Of a stretch of 64,000 nucleotides of DNA, positions 1-9,626 are shown in pieces. Each line of letters opens with the position of its first letter. The first letter of the stretch is position 1. Location of the stretch: assembly GCA_025823825.1 (NCBI GenBank), contig GCA_025823825.1_4720.1. The stretch is one strand, 5' to 3'. The stretch comes from a phage. A model generated the notes under the pieces. It searched no databases and had not been told where the DNA came from. It was given only the letters and a program-made list of their open reading frames with translations. Made by a program: the position numbers and the translations under genes.

Positions 1-730
1 CGTTAATAACAGATTCTGGATTGACTAGATCGAAGAACAAGATACCGATTTCCAGCAGTACCCCGTTCTTTTCCAGACTGAGATTCTCCACATCCAGGCA
101 AAACGCAGGTTTCTCTACCGTTGAAAAATCAAAATATTCTTCGAGACGCGGCGTTGGTTCAGCAGCGAGAAACGTCTCATGAATGAACTGGGCGAATGTC
201 TTATTCATTGCTACTAAGTCAATACCCAATTTACTTAGCAGAGGTATAATTGCGGGGTCATTCTGCTGTATTACCACACACTCTTGGTTTTTGATACAAC
301 GACCAAGTGAGTAAAAAAGATGAACGATGTCTAACGGTTTGTACGGGGCCTCAAATGTTGTTCCCTGGAACGACTGAGCTAGCACTTTATGTGTTTCTTC
401 ACGATGATCTATCAGTTGGAAAATAGCACAGCGCAGATAATGCCGTAATGTTATCTCGTGAAGGTGTGATGTATCTTCCTGAAATAACGTCATGAAACCG
501 TGATACGTATAATACGCACCTCTTCGAATTTCTTCGAGGAGTTCTTTGTCCCCATTTGTTTCCTCCGATGTTATCGGTTCCATTTGATCGAGGATAGTGC
601 TGAGAAGGTCACTGCCGTGTACCTTAAACAGTTTTTCAACGTCAAGATTAGGTAATGTCGCGATTGCTGCGTACATTAATGTTTCTGCGGGATTAAGTTC
701 TTTATTGTCAATTGTGATGGTTAAAGCCAT
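1..730 (-). CDS. hypothetical protein, 3' end truncated by window edge
   Basis: Open minus-strand frame from ATG at 730..728 with GAGGT RBS, no stop before position 1; distal FCLDVENL...LEIGILFFD resembles a DnaQ-like Exo I motif (weak). Confidence 0.5.
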   Translation of the reverse strand, partial: MALTITIDNKELNPAETLMYAAIATLPNLDVEKLFKVHGSDLLSTILDQMEPITSEETNGDKELLEEIRRGAYYTYHGFMTLFQEDTSHLHEITLRHYLRCAIFQLIDHREETHKVLAQSFQGTTFEAPYKPLDIVHLFYSLGRCIKNQECVVIQQNDPAIIPLLSKLGIDLVAMNKTFAQFIHETFLAAEPTPRLEEYFDFSTVEKPAFCLDVENLSLEKNGVLLEIGILFFDLVNPESVIN

Positions 731-755
731 TTTATTATACCTCATCGAAATCAAA

Positions 756-1097
756 TTAGTTCAGTTCTGGTTTATCAGCAACCAGACCAAGTCCAGTCAA
801 TATCACGTAGTCGTACCAAGCTTTTACTTTTGCTTTCGCTTCACCTAAACTATCTGCGTTGATGTGCGAAAACTCATCGTTGACTGGGAAAGGTAAATCG
901 CAGTCATAGCTGGTATAATCCTTCCAACCTTTCCATTCGATAGTTAGAGAACCAAAAACGGTCTCAGCGACAACATGGTTATAGCGACAGTTTTCACATG
1001 GCGCGCGCTCTTCCGACCAAACAAGCTCGTGTTGCGCTAAAAGTTGTTGTACGACCGATAACGGCTGCTCTTCATTAAGTTCGATACTGTCTATCAT
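756..1097 (-). CDS. hypothetical protein
   Basis: 113-aa ORF, 4-nt overlap with upstream gene (operon-like packing). Confidence 0.5.
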   Translation of the reverse strand: MIDSIELNEEQPLSVVQQLLAQHELVWSEERAPCENCRYNHVVAETVFGSLTIEWKGWKDYTSYDCDLPFPVNDEFSHINADSLGEAKAKVKAWYDYVILTGLGLVADKPELN

Positions 1098-1690
1098 CGA
1101 ATACTCTCCTTTTCCTTATCGTAATCGCTGCAAATATTGACAAACGCCGTATTATCAGACAGCCTGCTGACCATCTGACGGATTGCGTCCAACGGTTCAA
1201 GTTTAGGATTGATTGATTCACCGGTCAACGCGCTTATTGCTCGTGTGATCTCAACCAAATCAACGTTCGGGTCGTTGTCATCAATAATGAGCAGACTCTT
1301 CGCCGGTTTCTGACGACGTTTGATAATTAACAAATACGTGATGAGGTTCTCACGCCAAGCATCAGAATCCAGATTGCGTATCAGGGTTAACGCACGACGC
1401 TCTTCCGCCCATGATGGTTTCTCACGGATAACAGGCATGTAAGATAATTGCTCAGCAAGCCCTTTCAAGCTGACACGGTTGGTGCCGCCAGGATGCTCGC
1501 TAATCCGCAACATCTCGGTTAACAGACGGACATAGGCGGCTGTTGTAGAAACACCCCTCAGCGGCAGGAACACATTATGTCCTGGAACCCCATCGTGACT
1601 CAGCGGTGCGATATACGCCATGAATTGCCGAATATCATCGTCGCTCTGTTCTCCAGCAACGAACTTAAACGCTTCACGTAAAACGCTCAC
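1094..1690 (-). CDS. hypothetical protein
   Basis: 198-aa ORF in same-strand gene array. Confidence 0.55.
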   Translation of the reverse strand: MSVLREAFKFVAGEQSDDDIRQFMAYIAPLSHDGVPGHNVFLPLRGVSTTAAYVRLLTEMLRISEHPGGTNRVSLKGLAEQLSYMPVIREKPSWAEERRALTLIRNLDSDAWRENLITYLLIIKRRQKPAKSLLIIDDNDPNVDLVEITRAISALTGESINPKLEPLDAIRQMVSRLSDNTAFVNICSDYDKEKESIR

Positions 1691-1976
1691 TATGACGTCT
1701 CCTTAATGTTTCTTGCATACGTAGTCTCTCCGGCAGGTACAGACGTTTGTATAGATCAATTAACAGATAACGCATAACGGAAGCAACCACCAGGTATTCA
1801 CCTTCAGCTTCCGAATAACGTATCATGTTAATTGGGTAGTTCAAATAAGAATAAGAAAAGAGATCATCGTTGGTAAGGTGATGATCTTCAAGATACTGAC
1901 GAAACAATTTTGCTAAGGCATCGTACTCCATTCCGTAGTAACACAACGACACCTGTCTTGCAGATAGTCGTTTCAT
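1674..1976 (-). CDS. hypothetical protein
   Basis: 100-aa ORF; start may be internal. Confidence 0.4.
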   Translation of the reverse strand: MKRLSARQVSLCYYGMEYDALAKLFRQYLEDHHLTNDDLFSYSYLNYPINMIRYSEAEGEYLVVASVMRYLLIDLYKRLYLPERLRMQETLRRRHSERFT

Positions 1977-2815
1977 GCTGGGTTACCTTTTAGTTTTCCA
2001 CGTATCATGTCGACAACGCGTGAGGGATCAGAAATAACATTGGCGATAAGATGATCGATAGGTAGGTCGAGAATGATATTCTTCAGCTGGAAAGCCGTAT
2101 CTTTACGACGCACGCCGTAGAACACGCCATCTTTAAACACAACCTCGTACGAAATGGGGAGCTGGCTAATAACCGTGTTAGCGTAATCACCCAACCACAT
2201 CGACCCCGCCATCAGATGCGCACAAACCGCATGACTAATACGCACATCTTTGTTCTTCCGGCTAACGTCTTTGGTTTTCGACATGGTAACCAGAAGCTCA
2301 CCGATCTTACTCAGCATATCGTCGTATACCCCAAAGAACTTAATCAGTTGTCGGGCACCTAACGATATATATGTTTCTCGTGGTAAGACACAACACACCT
2401 GCGGTAACGTTCCAACCCCATAGACACAACTGTGTGGTGATAATGGAAGCAAATCAGCAACCGCGTTCTTGATGTTGTTATACTCAACGATATCGTTGAA
2501 CGGTGAAAGACCTTTCGTAATCGGTTTATCAATCGCCACATCGAACTCCGCGAACGTCCATGCTGCTTTACGTGGTTCCCCTTTCTGGTACGGTGGAGCC
2601 AGTACCGCGACAACACGAAGTCGATGTTCATGGGTATCACGTAGCTTAAGTTGGATACCCTCACCATCACCCTCACGCACAAGTGAGTAGCGGCTTGCGC
2701 AGTCATCACATACCACCGTTGGTTCGTGTTGACCGTATGCTGCAAGCATCGGTTTACTAAGATCTTTATCACAGTGTTTACAGCGATGATCCTGTTCCTG
2801 ATAACTGATTTTCAC
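1973..2815 (-). CDS. hypothetical protein with N-terminal CxxC...CxxC zinc ribbon
   Basis: 280-aa ORF; CKHC...CDDC cysteine pairs near N-terminus. Confidence 0.55.
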   Translation of the reverse strand: MKISYQEQDHRCKHCDKDLSKPMLAAYGQHEPTVVCDDCASRYSLVREGDGEGIQLKLRDTHEHRLRVVAVLAPPYQKGEPRKAAWTFAEFDVAIDKPITKGLSPFNDIVEYNNIKNAVADLLPLSPHSCVYGVGTLPQVCCVLPRETYISLGARQLIKFFGVYDDMLSKIGELLVTMSKTKDVSRKNKDVRISHAVCAHLMAGSMWLGDYANTVISQLPISYEVVFKDGVFYGVRRKDTAFQLKNIILDLPIDHLIANVISDPSRVVDMIRGKLKGNPA

Positions 2816-2830
2816 ACCGAGACCCCTTTG

Positions 2831-3787
2831 TTAATGCAAGACACGATCTGCTGGAATTATCGAGGCATTGCTGTCGGACAGATCCGTCGCTTTACGATCA
2901 GGACTGAATCGACGCGCGTTCTCTTCATGGTGGTTGACGGGATTATCCTGTTTTAGCAGTTCCATTGCCTCATCAAACGTTAGTTCCCGAAATCCTCTTG
3001 GGTAGAGGAACAAGGGTTCATCAACATCCAACCCTTTAACAAACCCGTGCGACAACCAGACGCTGCCATCAGCACTGTAAAGAACCGGCTCAACGTCATA
3101 ATCCAAGACGTATTGATACCAATAATTAAACAGTTGAGCAATCCACCGATTACGTAATAAGTAATCGATCATAACCGCACTACGCACGCTGTGGCACCAG
3201 CCGATCTTACCATCAACTTTCTGCAACAACGTACCCTCATTTGCTTGATGAATAACCGCATTAAATAACCACGCAAGATCGGTTGCGAAAAGTGCTGCTT
3301 CTTGAATATCGCTAATGTAACGCACGGGTATCGTCAGATGCGTGCGGTAATGCGACATCGCCTCTTCGTAGTTGTCTCCTTCGATACAGAGAGTCCCGTT
3401 TGGTGACAGATGCCCCTGATTCAACGACTGACCAATATAAAGATCAGCGATCGCGTTAATATGTTCGACGGTACCCAAGGTTAACTCAGACATAAAACAA
3501 TCGACATCAACAGCCATCGATGTACTGGAAACAAACGGATTGGCTGGGCGAGTTGTATTAGAGAAAATAATCGACCAAATCGCTTCGTGTTTTTCATCCG
3601 ATGGCAAAAACGAAATATGGCGTTCTGCGCTATTATCGACAACAAATACCTTTACGGTTTTCAAACAGCTAGTACAAACATAGCAGGTGTTCGGCAGCGG
3701 CATATCCGAAAACATATCGTAACGAATCGATGCCAGCGAAATGTCATGTCCGCAATGAGGGCATGTCGTATCAATAAGCGTTTTCAT
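2831..3787 (-). CDS. hypothetical protein with N-terminal zinc ribbon
   Basis: 318-aa ORF; CPHC...CYVCTSC motif. Confidence 0.55.
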   Translation of the reverse strand: MKTLIDTTCPHCGHDISLASIRYDMFSDMPLPNTCYVCTSCLKTVKVFVVDNSAERHISFLPSDEKHEAIWSIIFSNTTRPANPFVSSTSMAVDVDCFMSELTLGTVEHINAIADLYIGQSLNQGHLSPNGTLCIEGDNYEEAMSHYRTHLTIPVRYISDIQEAALFATDLAWLFNAVIHQANEGTLLQKVDGKIGWCHSVRSAVMIDYLLRNRWIAQLFNYWYQYVLDYDVEPVLYSADGSVWLSHGFVKGLDVDEPLFLYPRGFRELTFDEAMELLKQDNPVNHHEENARRFSPDRKATDLSDSNASIIPADRVLH

Positions 3788-4017
3788 TATTGAATTCCTT
3801 TTGATAAGAATAACTGAATATCGGTAAACTGTTCTTCAGGAACATCGTCAGCGGCCGTTAGAACCTTAGGACCGTGTTCATTGAGGTAAGCTTCCCGTAG
3901 ACAATGATGACGTCGATTGGCTTCCTGGAACTCAGTGTCCGTCATGTAAACCAGCGTAAACTTCGAACGTTTATTCGGATTATATCTCTTATTACGTTTC
4001 TTTGGTTTCTTCGCCAT
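3787..4017 (-). CDS. small basic protein
   Basis: ORF track starts at 4050; ATG at 4017 (MAKKPKKRNKR...) is the more likely start; Lys/Arg-rich N-terminus. Confidence 0.45.
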   Translation of the reverse strand: MAKKPKKRNKRYNPNKRSKFTLVYMTDTEFQEANRRHHCLREAYLNEHGPKVLTAADDVPEEQFTDIQLFLSKGIQ

Positions 4018-4065
4018 AATAGCCTCGTGAAGGTGGATGGATACACCCATCCACCTTCCTCCATG

Positions 4066-4587
4066 TTAAAGTGTGTTCAATTCTTCAGGCGTACGTACAG
4101 TACGCGTGTTGGGATCAACCATTGCTGGCACGCCCGCTGGGCATTTACGGACATCAATCCGCATCTCCGGTTCGATCGGACGAACGCGATACGTTTTGCC
4201 ATCGTCGGTTAACACCGAAATGGTCAACGCCTGATTCAATTCACTAACGAAGTTCACCAAACGCTGTTGTCCACCCTTCGACCAGAAGTTAAGATCGGTT
4301 TCTCCATTGAAATAACTGATTCCATCAGCGGTTCCAATCGTGATTTTAACGATACCCGGATAGTCACGAAGAAGAGGTGCCTGATAACCTTCATCTTCCG
4401 TATCCAGTTTTACCCACGCGCCTCCCGTAGACAAACAGTTAACTTCCAAGGCGGTTGGTGCGCTGACTTCCGCCGATGACCAGGTATACATCGTGCCTAG
4501 TTTAGCGTGTCCGGTTTCCAGCTCGCTGTAATCCCAAGCATGTGCTGATGCCGTAATAAATAAAGCCGCAAGAAACAACTTTTTCAT
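4066..4587 (-). CDS. secreted or periplasmic protein with signal peptide
   Basis: N-terminus MKKLFLAALFITASAHA is a typical Sec signal peptide. Confidence 0.6.
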   Translation of the reverse strand: MKKLFLAALFITASAHAWDYSELETGHAKLGTMYTWSSAEVSAPTALEVNCLSTGGAWVKLDTEDEGYQAPLLRDYPGIVKITIGTADGISYFNGETDLNFWSKGGQQRLVNFVSELNQALTISVLTDDGKTYRVRPIEPEMRIDVRKCPAGVPAMVDPNTRTVRTPEELNTL

Positions 4588-4642
4588 TCTTTTCGATTCC
4601 TATTAAAAGTGACCGATTTCTGTGGTCGAGATTGCTAATAAA

Positions 4643-5104
4643 TTAATTCCGGTTTTGTTTCCGTATTGCACGGTTACGTTTACGTTCTTGGTCTTTGACT
4701 GCACCAAGAAACTTCTTTAATTCCGACGGTTCGAGCGTACCCTCACGTACCACACCGTTTTGTTCGATATGGTACGACCAATAACCAACTTCAGCCGTTA
4801 AGGATAACGTTGTCGGTTGCTCATCAGGTAACGATCGGGGTGAGAAAATAAAGAGTAATTCAAAAGGCGTTTCTCGGCTGATGGTGGGACGGATACTCAC
4901 GTCAAGCCCCTCCCATCGCTGAGGTTTAAATATTCCTCCAGCGGCGACGATTGTCTCCGAGCGCTGGTCTACAAGCTCGGCTAATTCACGATCGTCATTG
5001 AAATAAATATCGTGAAGGATATCCGTATCGATAAAAAACCCGCGATCCGAATCGTGACGAACAATGGAATTCTTCATTCTAACGCCTTTGTTGTTTGTTT
5101 TCAT
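4643..5104 (-). CDS. hypothetical protein
   Basis: 153-aa ORF. Confidence 0.5.
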   Translation of the reverse strand: MKTNNKGVRMKNSIVRHDSDRGFFIDTDILHDIYFNDDRELAELVDQRSETIVAAGGIFKPQRWEGLDVSIRPTISRETPFELLFIFSPRSLPDEQPTTLSLTAEVGYWSYHIEQNGVVREGTLEPSELKKFLGAVKDQERKRNRAIRKQNRN

Positions 5105-5153
5105 GTCCTATACGAACATGAAAAACCGTTAATTTTTACCATAGCCGCGTGCG

Positions 5154-5429
5154 TTAAAATTCCACACCGCGACCTGTCATCGACGAAGGAACCGCGCGAT
5201 AATAGAAGTAGATGTAATGGTCACGATGGCTAAAATAGTTTTTGCAAGCATAGAACTCTCCAGATCCAATGAATGATTTAATACGTGTAACTTGAGGGTG
5301 TCGTGCGATTAACGCCTGTATAACGATTTCCATTTGGTGTGCGCTCAAGCCTGGTCGAGCTGCAACATGATAATGAAGCTCCTTAAGAAATCGTTTCCAG
5401 GGGTCGTGGTGTGTCGATGATCGAGACAT
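5154..5429 (-). CDS. hypothetical protein
   Basis: 91-aa ORF with AAGGAG RBS upstream. Confidence 0.4.
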   Translation of the reverse strand: MSRSSTHHDPWKRFLKELHYHVAARPGLSAHQMEIVIQALIARHPQVTRIKSFIGSGEFYACKNYFSHRDHYIYFYYRAVPSSMTGRGVEF

Positions 5430-5495
5430 CTTTATCTCCTTAACGGGTGCTGGTAACGCAGCATAAACCCTCCCCGAAGGGAGGGCGGTTAACGT

Positions 5496-6053
5496 TCACT
5501 CCATCCATACTTCTTCGTCGTAATGATTTTCTATCGCATTACGCCAAAAACGTACGGTGTCCAAACTAATCGGTGCATAAAAATGCTGATCAACGCCTAC
5601 ATTAAGTCCGTTGGCTTTCGCTAACATACAGCGATGAATATGACCGAATAAATTAAAGTAGCCTGGGTTTCTTTCGCTGGGCTTATGGCATAGCCAGTAG
5701 GATTCGTCATTGCTAATCGGCAACACCAACGGATGTTCATAAACCGCAGCAAACCCCATACCGAGCAATTTATCACGCCACGCTTCAAAGCTTAATCCTG
5801 TCGCTTTGTATGCGTCCTCGTCCCAATTCCCCAATACCAATTGAACCTGGATATCAGAACGAATGGCTTCCACGAACTCGAACTTACCCCAATCACCTAA
5901 ATGCCACAACACACTGTTCTTTGGAAGCTTGTTGATGGCTTTCAGCATATGCTGGTTCATATCGGCGACGCTTGCGAACGGACGGCGTGAATACGTCCAC
6001 GTACGCTCGCTATCAAAATGGGTATCCGACATAAAGAAGATGGGTGGGGTCAT
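5496..6053 (-). CDS. calcineurin-like metallophosphoesterase
   Basis: Motifs SDTHF (DxH), GDWG (GD), GNWD (GNHD-like), GHIH (GHxH) in canonical order. Confidence 0.65.
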   Translation of the reverse strand: MTPPIFFMSDTHFDSERTWTYSRRPFASVADMNQHMLKAINKLPKNSVLWHLGDWGKFEFVEAIRSDIQVQLVLGNWDEDAYKATGLSFEAWRDKLLGMGFAAVYEHPLVLPISNDESYWLCHKPSERNPGYFNLFGHIHRCMLAKANGLNVGVDQHFYAPISLDTVRFWRNAIENHYDEEVWME

Positions 6054-6532
6054 TGATTTAATTGCTCCAGAAATGCACGACCTGATTTACTTGCTTTTAA
6101 ATGCTGTTCTGCGGAAGTAAGCAGAAGATCGGTTGGTGTGAACGCAGCGCTACCTTTCCACTCTGTTTTCAGTTTACCCTCTTCGATACTGAACTGAATC
6201 AGTTGTTGGGTGCCGAAGTTAAGCGTGTTCGTCGCGGCGCTAAATACACCACCCATCATGCTGTAACCAAAGACTTTCACGTTTTCCGTGTAGAAGTCAT
6301 TGTCGATCAATTTGTTCTGGAGCTCGAGTTGGTCGGACGGTAGCAATCCCCCATCAAAGACGCTTAAAATACCAGCCAGGCGATACATACTCACCTTTCC
6401 TGAAACACCCACCACGTAATTGCCGTACAGGGTTTCTTCCAGTTTAGCAACAACGGTGCGATCGTCGGAGGTTTTCATCGAAACCTCAATACCATCACCA
6501 ATTTCTGTTAACGTTAAATCAACGATGCTCAT
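6050..6532 (-). CDS. hypothetical protein
   Basis: 160-aa ORF, 4-nt overlap with upstream gene. Confidence 0.5.
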   Translation of the reverse strand: MSIVDLTLTEIGDGIEVSMKTSDDRTVVAKLEETLYGNYVVGVSGKVSMYRLAGILSVFDGGLLPSDQLELQNKLIDNDFYTENVKVFGYSMMGGVFSAATNTLNFGTQQLIQFSIEEGKLKTEWKGSAAFTPTDLLLTSAEQHLKASKSGRAFLEQLNQ

Positions 6533-6554
6533 TCATTATTCTCCGCTTTCATGT

Positions 6555-7241
6555 TTAACACATGATTTCACCATGTTTCTTTTCGACATACGTATAAACA
6601 TCATCCAAATAAGCAATGAGTTTATCACGATCCGCACAAAGCGATTTAATCGCCGCAATCTCTTTCATATAAAGCTGCTGACCTAACGCTGGATACGTAA
6701 TCCAAGCGTAGCCGTCAGGCGCAAATTTAGAAATAAGATAATCGGCGGTTTCCTGTAATGCGAACTCTTTGCTCATCTGACCGTAACGATGTTCGATTGC
6801 GCGGATACCAAAACGTTCGCTATCAAGACGACCCATATCCGCCAAACGAAGCACCTGAGAAGCAACCGAACTACGTGGACCAGAGTACGAGGCACGATGT
6901 TCGGCAATAAGTACGCGTATCTCTTCGATGTCTTCCGGTGTGAAAATATGCTGCTCGTTACGAAGCAGGATAACCGACGCACGAATACCCCCGATAAGGT
7001 GGTGGTAGGTTCTGTTTTCATGGCAAGCGATATCATGCATAAAAGCAGCTGTTAATAGACGGCGGCGTTCGGTAGGTCTAATAATCCCGACCACATCAGC
7101 AAGTTCATTTGCCAGTTCAACAACAGCAAGCACATGTTCTTCTTGATGTGCAAGATCGTTCTTCCGAATATTTTCAATTACTTCAGCGCGTGTTTCCTGA
7201 GATAAGAAATTTAAACAATCCAACGAATATAAAGATTTCAT
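6555..7241 (-). CDS. HD-domain phosphohydrolase-like protein
   Basis: HQEEH ... FMHDIACHE resembles the H...HD metal-binding motif; promoter-like motif 42 nt upstream. Confidence 0.5.
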   Translation of the reverse strand: MKSLYSLDCLNFLSQETRAEVIENIRKNDLAHQEEHVLAVVELANELADVVGIIRPTERRRLLTAAFMHDIACHENRTYHHLIGGIRASVILLRNEQHIFTPEDIEEIRVLIAEHRASYSGPRSSVASQVLRLADMGRLDSERFGIRAIEHRYGQMSKEFALQETADYLISKFAPDGYAWITYPALGQQLYMKEIAAIKSLCADRDKLIAYLDDVYTYVEKKHGEIMC

Positions 7242-7282
7242 CGCACGTACCTCTTTGAATCTATTAATAAATTTTCTTTACT

Positions 7283-7306
7283 CACGTAAGTAATATAGCC
7301 GTGAAA
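7283..7306 (-). promoter_or_regulatory. promoter-like motif (TATATTAC-containing), copy 1
   Basis: Plus strand CACGTAAGTAATATAGCCGTGAAA; minus strand TTTCACGGCTATATTACTTACGTG, 42 nt upstream of start codon at 7241. Confidence 0.5.
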
Positions 7307-7385
7307 GGATTTGTGTTGGCCCGTTTCGATGCCCATCGTATTTTATGGATTGTCGAATGACGTCATTTTAAGGGACATCCCCGGC

Positions 7386-7419
7386 CTCCTCCCCAGGAAA
7401 GGTGTGGGGAGGAGTTTTT
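7386..7419 (+). terminator. stem-loop plus T5 (intrinsic terminator-like)
   Basis: CCTCCTCCCC / GGGGAGGAG stem followed by TTTTT, just upstream of helicase start. Confidence 0.45.
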
Positions 7420-7449
7420 ATCATACATTCTATTAAATCGAGCGCGATT

Positions 7450-9531
7450 ATGTTGGATAGAATCAATCGTCTAATGAACCGAATAACGGTTAAAAATCAG
7501 AGTAACAATACCGTGCATATCGGGGGTATCGATGCCTGGCGTCTTTCAGATGACATTCAGCGAATATGGGGTACCTCCCGATTTATGAAACATATGTTTC
7601 GTAATTTCTCTTCTAGTGGACTCAGCCTCCACAACTTTTACCTCCCCGATTTCGTTTATATTCTCGAGACGATCATCGAAGCAAAGAATACCCGCAGTAA
7701 CAAACGCATGCTGAAACACCTTATTGAGGTACTGCTACAGGAAACCTGGTTGCAAAATACCACAATCGAGCAACCTGCAATCCTCGATAAAGCACGCATG
7801 AACAAAATGCTAACGCTCTCTTTGTTCGATTATCAAGATGAGTTTATCGACATCTATAACCGTAACGTACCTAAATACCGACTGAAAGGATACGTGTGTG
7901 CGATGGGTGCTGGTGCGGGTAAAACAATCACCGCACTGGCATTAAGCTCCGCAATGAACGTCGATGTATTTGTGGTCTGCTGTCCTAAGAACACCATGCG
8001 TTCAGCATGGCAATCCGATGTAAACAAAGCCATCGTTGACCCTGCAACAGAAACCGCGTTCTGGTCAGATACGATGCCACCATCACAGCTGCAGAAAAGC
8101 GATAAGTACTATTTTCTGCATTATGAATCGATGGGTTTATTAAACGATGTAATGATCAAGCATAAACGCACAGCGAAGCGCGTGTTGATCGTGGTTGATG
8201 AAAGCCATAACTTCAACGACAAGAACAGTCAACGTTCCCAACGACTGGTTGATCTCGTACAGACGATGCGTCAGACCATGAATGCGGATGTGCACGTCTT
8301 GTTTATGTCAGGTACACCTGTTAAACAAATGGGTTCTGAGATGATCCCATGTTTAGGTTGTATCGACCCGATGTTCCAAGGACAGGTGGTCGATAGCTTC
8401 AAAGCGATTTACGGTTTAACCAGCAGTCGCGCTAACGATATCCTCAGACATCGTCTTGGGTTCATGATGCATGTCGTACCTAAAGAGGCTTACCGTAAAA
8501 CCCGTCCGGAAGTTCAGGATGTTTACGTGAAGCTCCCTAACGGTAGCGATTATACCATCTCAAGTATCCGCGACGACATGGCGATATTTGTACGCGATCG
8601 GGCGAAGTATTACAAGGATAACTGGGGACACTACAGAAAGATTTTTGATGACGCCTTGGACTACTATCGTAAGACTATTCGTACCGACGGAGAACGTAAA
8701 GAGCTATCTCGATACGAATCGATTGTTGCTCGTTTCCAGAAAGGTTACGACCCCGTCAGAGACAAAGAAGATGCGATGTTCTGCAACGCGTTTGAAAAAC
8801 GTTCCATCATGCCGGTTCTTCCTTCTGATTTAAGGATTGCTTTCAAAGACGCTAAGAGTGTCATCAAGTACGTTGGGTTGAAAATTCAGGGTGAGGCGTT
8901 GGCCCGTGTTCTCGGTGCAGCCCGCATTCGGTGTCATGTCGATATGGTGGAGTACATCGACTTCGAAGGGTATATCAACAACGCTGAAGCCAAGGTGTTG
9001 ATCTTCACGTCGTACGTTCAGGTGGTTGAGCGTGTCGACAACATGCTTCGTGATGCGGGTTTCTTACCGGAACCCATTTACGGGAAGACCAACAAAAACA
9101 TCAACCAAATACTTGCTCGTTTACGCGACGATCCCGACAGCGGCCCCGCTATCGCAACATTTGATAGCTTAGCTGAAGGGGTTCCGATGTTGATGTGTAA
9201 CGTGGGTCTCTTCTTGAACAACCCATGGCGTTCATCCGATGAAATCCAAGCCATCAGCCGTCTCGATCGTGTAGGGCAAACGCAACCGGTTCGGATTTAT
9301 CGTTTCATGTTAGATACGGGAAGCGAGGGTAACGTTTCTACACGTAGCCACGAAATCATGGAGTTAAGTCGGCAGCTTGTTGAAGAAATCACGGGTGTCA
9401 AATACGTGGTGAACAAGCAAGACGATGTTAACTTGCAAGAAACGTTGGCGATGGAAGGATACGATCAATACGTTACCGTAAACACCACGGAATACGATAT
9501 TAAACCACGACCTGCGTTCTTGGAATGGTGA
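7450..9531 (+). CDS. SF2 (SNF2/DExH-like) helicase
   Basis: Walker A GAGAGKT and DExH box VVDESHNF; track start 7402 is a GTG inside a terminator hairpin, so ATG 7450 (MLDRINRL) is preferred. Confidence 0.7.
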   Translation: MLDRINRLMNRITVKNQSNNTVHIGGIDAWRLSDDIQRIWGTSRFMKHMFRNFSSSGLSLHNFYLPDFVYILETIIEAKNTRSNKRMLKHLIEVLLQETWLQNTTIEQPAILDKARMNKMLTLSLFDYQDEFIDIYNRNVPKYRLKGYVCAMGAGAGKTITALALSSAMNVDVFVVCCPKNTMRSAWQSDVNKAIVDPATETAFWSDTMPPSQLQKSDKYYFLHYESMGLLNDVMIKHKRTAKRVLIVVDESHNFNDKNSQRSQRLVDLVQTMRQTMNADVHVLFMSGTPVKQMGSEMIPCLGCIDPMFQGQVVDSFKAIYGLTSSRANDILRHRLGFMMHVVPKEAYRKTRPEVQDVYVKLPNGSDYTISSIRDDMAIFVRDRAKYYKDNWGHYRKIFDDALDYYRKTIRTDGERKELSRYESIVARFQKGYDPVRDKEDAMFCNAFEKRSIMPVLPSDLRIAFKDAKSVIKYVGLKIQGEALARVLGAARIRCHVDMVEYIDFEGYINNAEAKVLIFTSYVQVVERVDNMLRDAGFLPEPIYGKTNKNINQILARLRDDPDSGPAIATFDSLAEGVPMLMCNVGLFLNNPWRSSDEIQAISRLDRVGQTQPVRIYRFMLDTGSEGNVSTRSHEIMELSRQLVEEITGVKYVVNKQDDVNLQETLAMEGYDQYVTVNTTEYDIKPRPAFLEW

Positions 9532-9537
9532 TTAAGA

Positions 9538-9575
9538 AGCCCTGCCGTCAAGCAGGGCTTTATGCTGCGTTTGTT
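9538..9575 (+). terminator. intrinsic terminator-like hairpin after helicase gene
   Basis: AGCCCTGC-CGTCAA-GCAGGGCT followed by T-rich run. Confidence 0.5.
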
Positions 9576-9626
9576 GCAAGATCGTATGACGTATATGCGT
9601 TGTACTTATTTAAAAAGGCAGAATAA

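Noticed and set aside
7402-7449. Extended N-terminus of the helicase ORF from track start 7402
   Set aside because: The start is GTG embedded in the terminator-like hairpin at 7386..7419; the ATG at 7450 is more plausible
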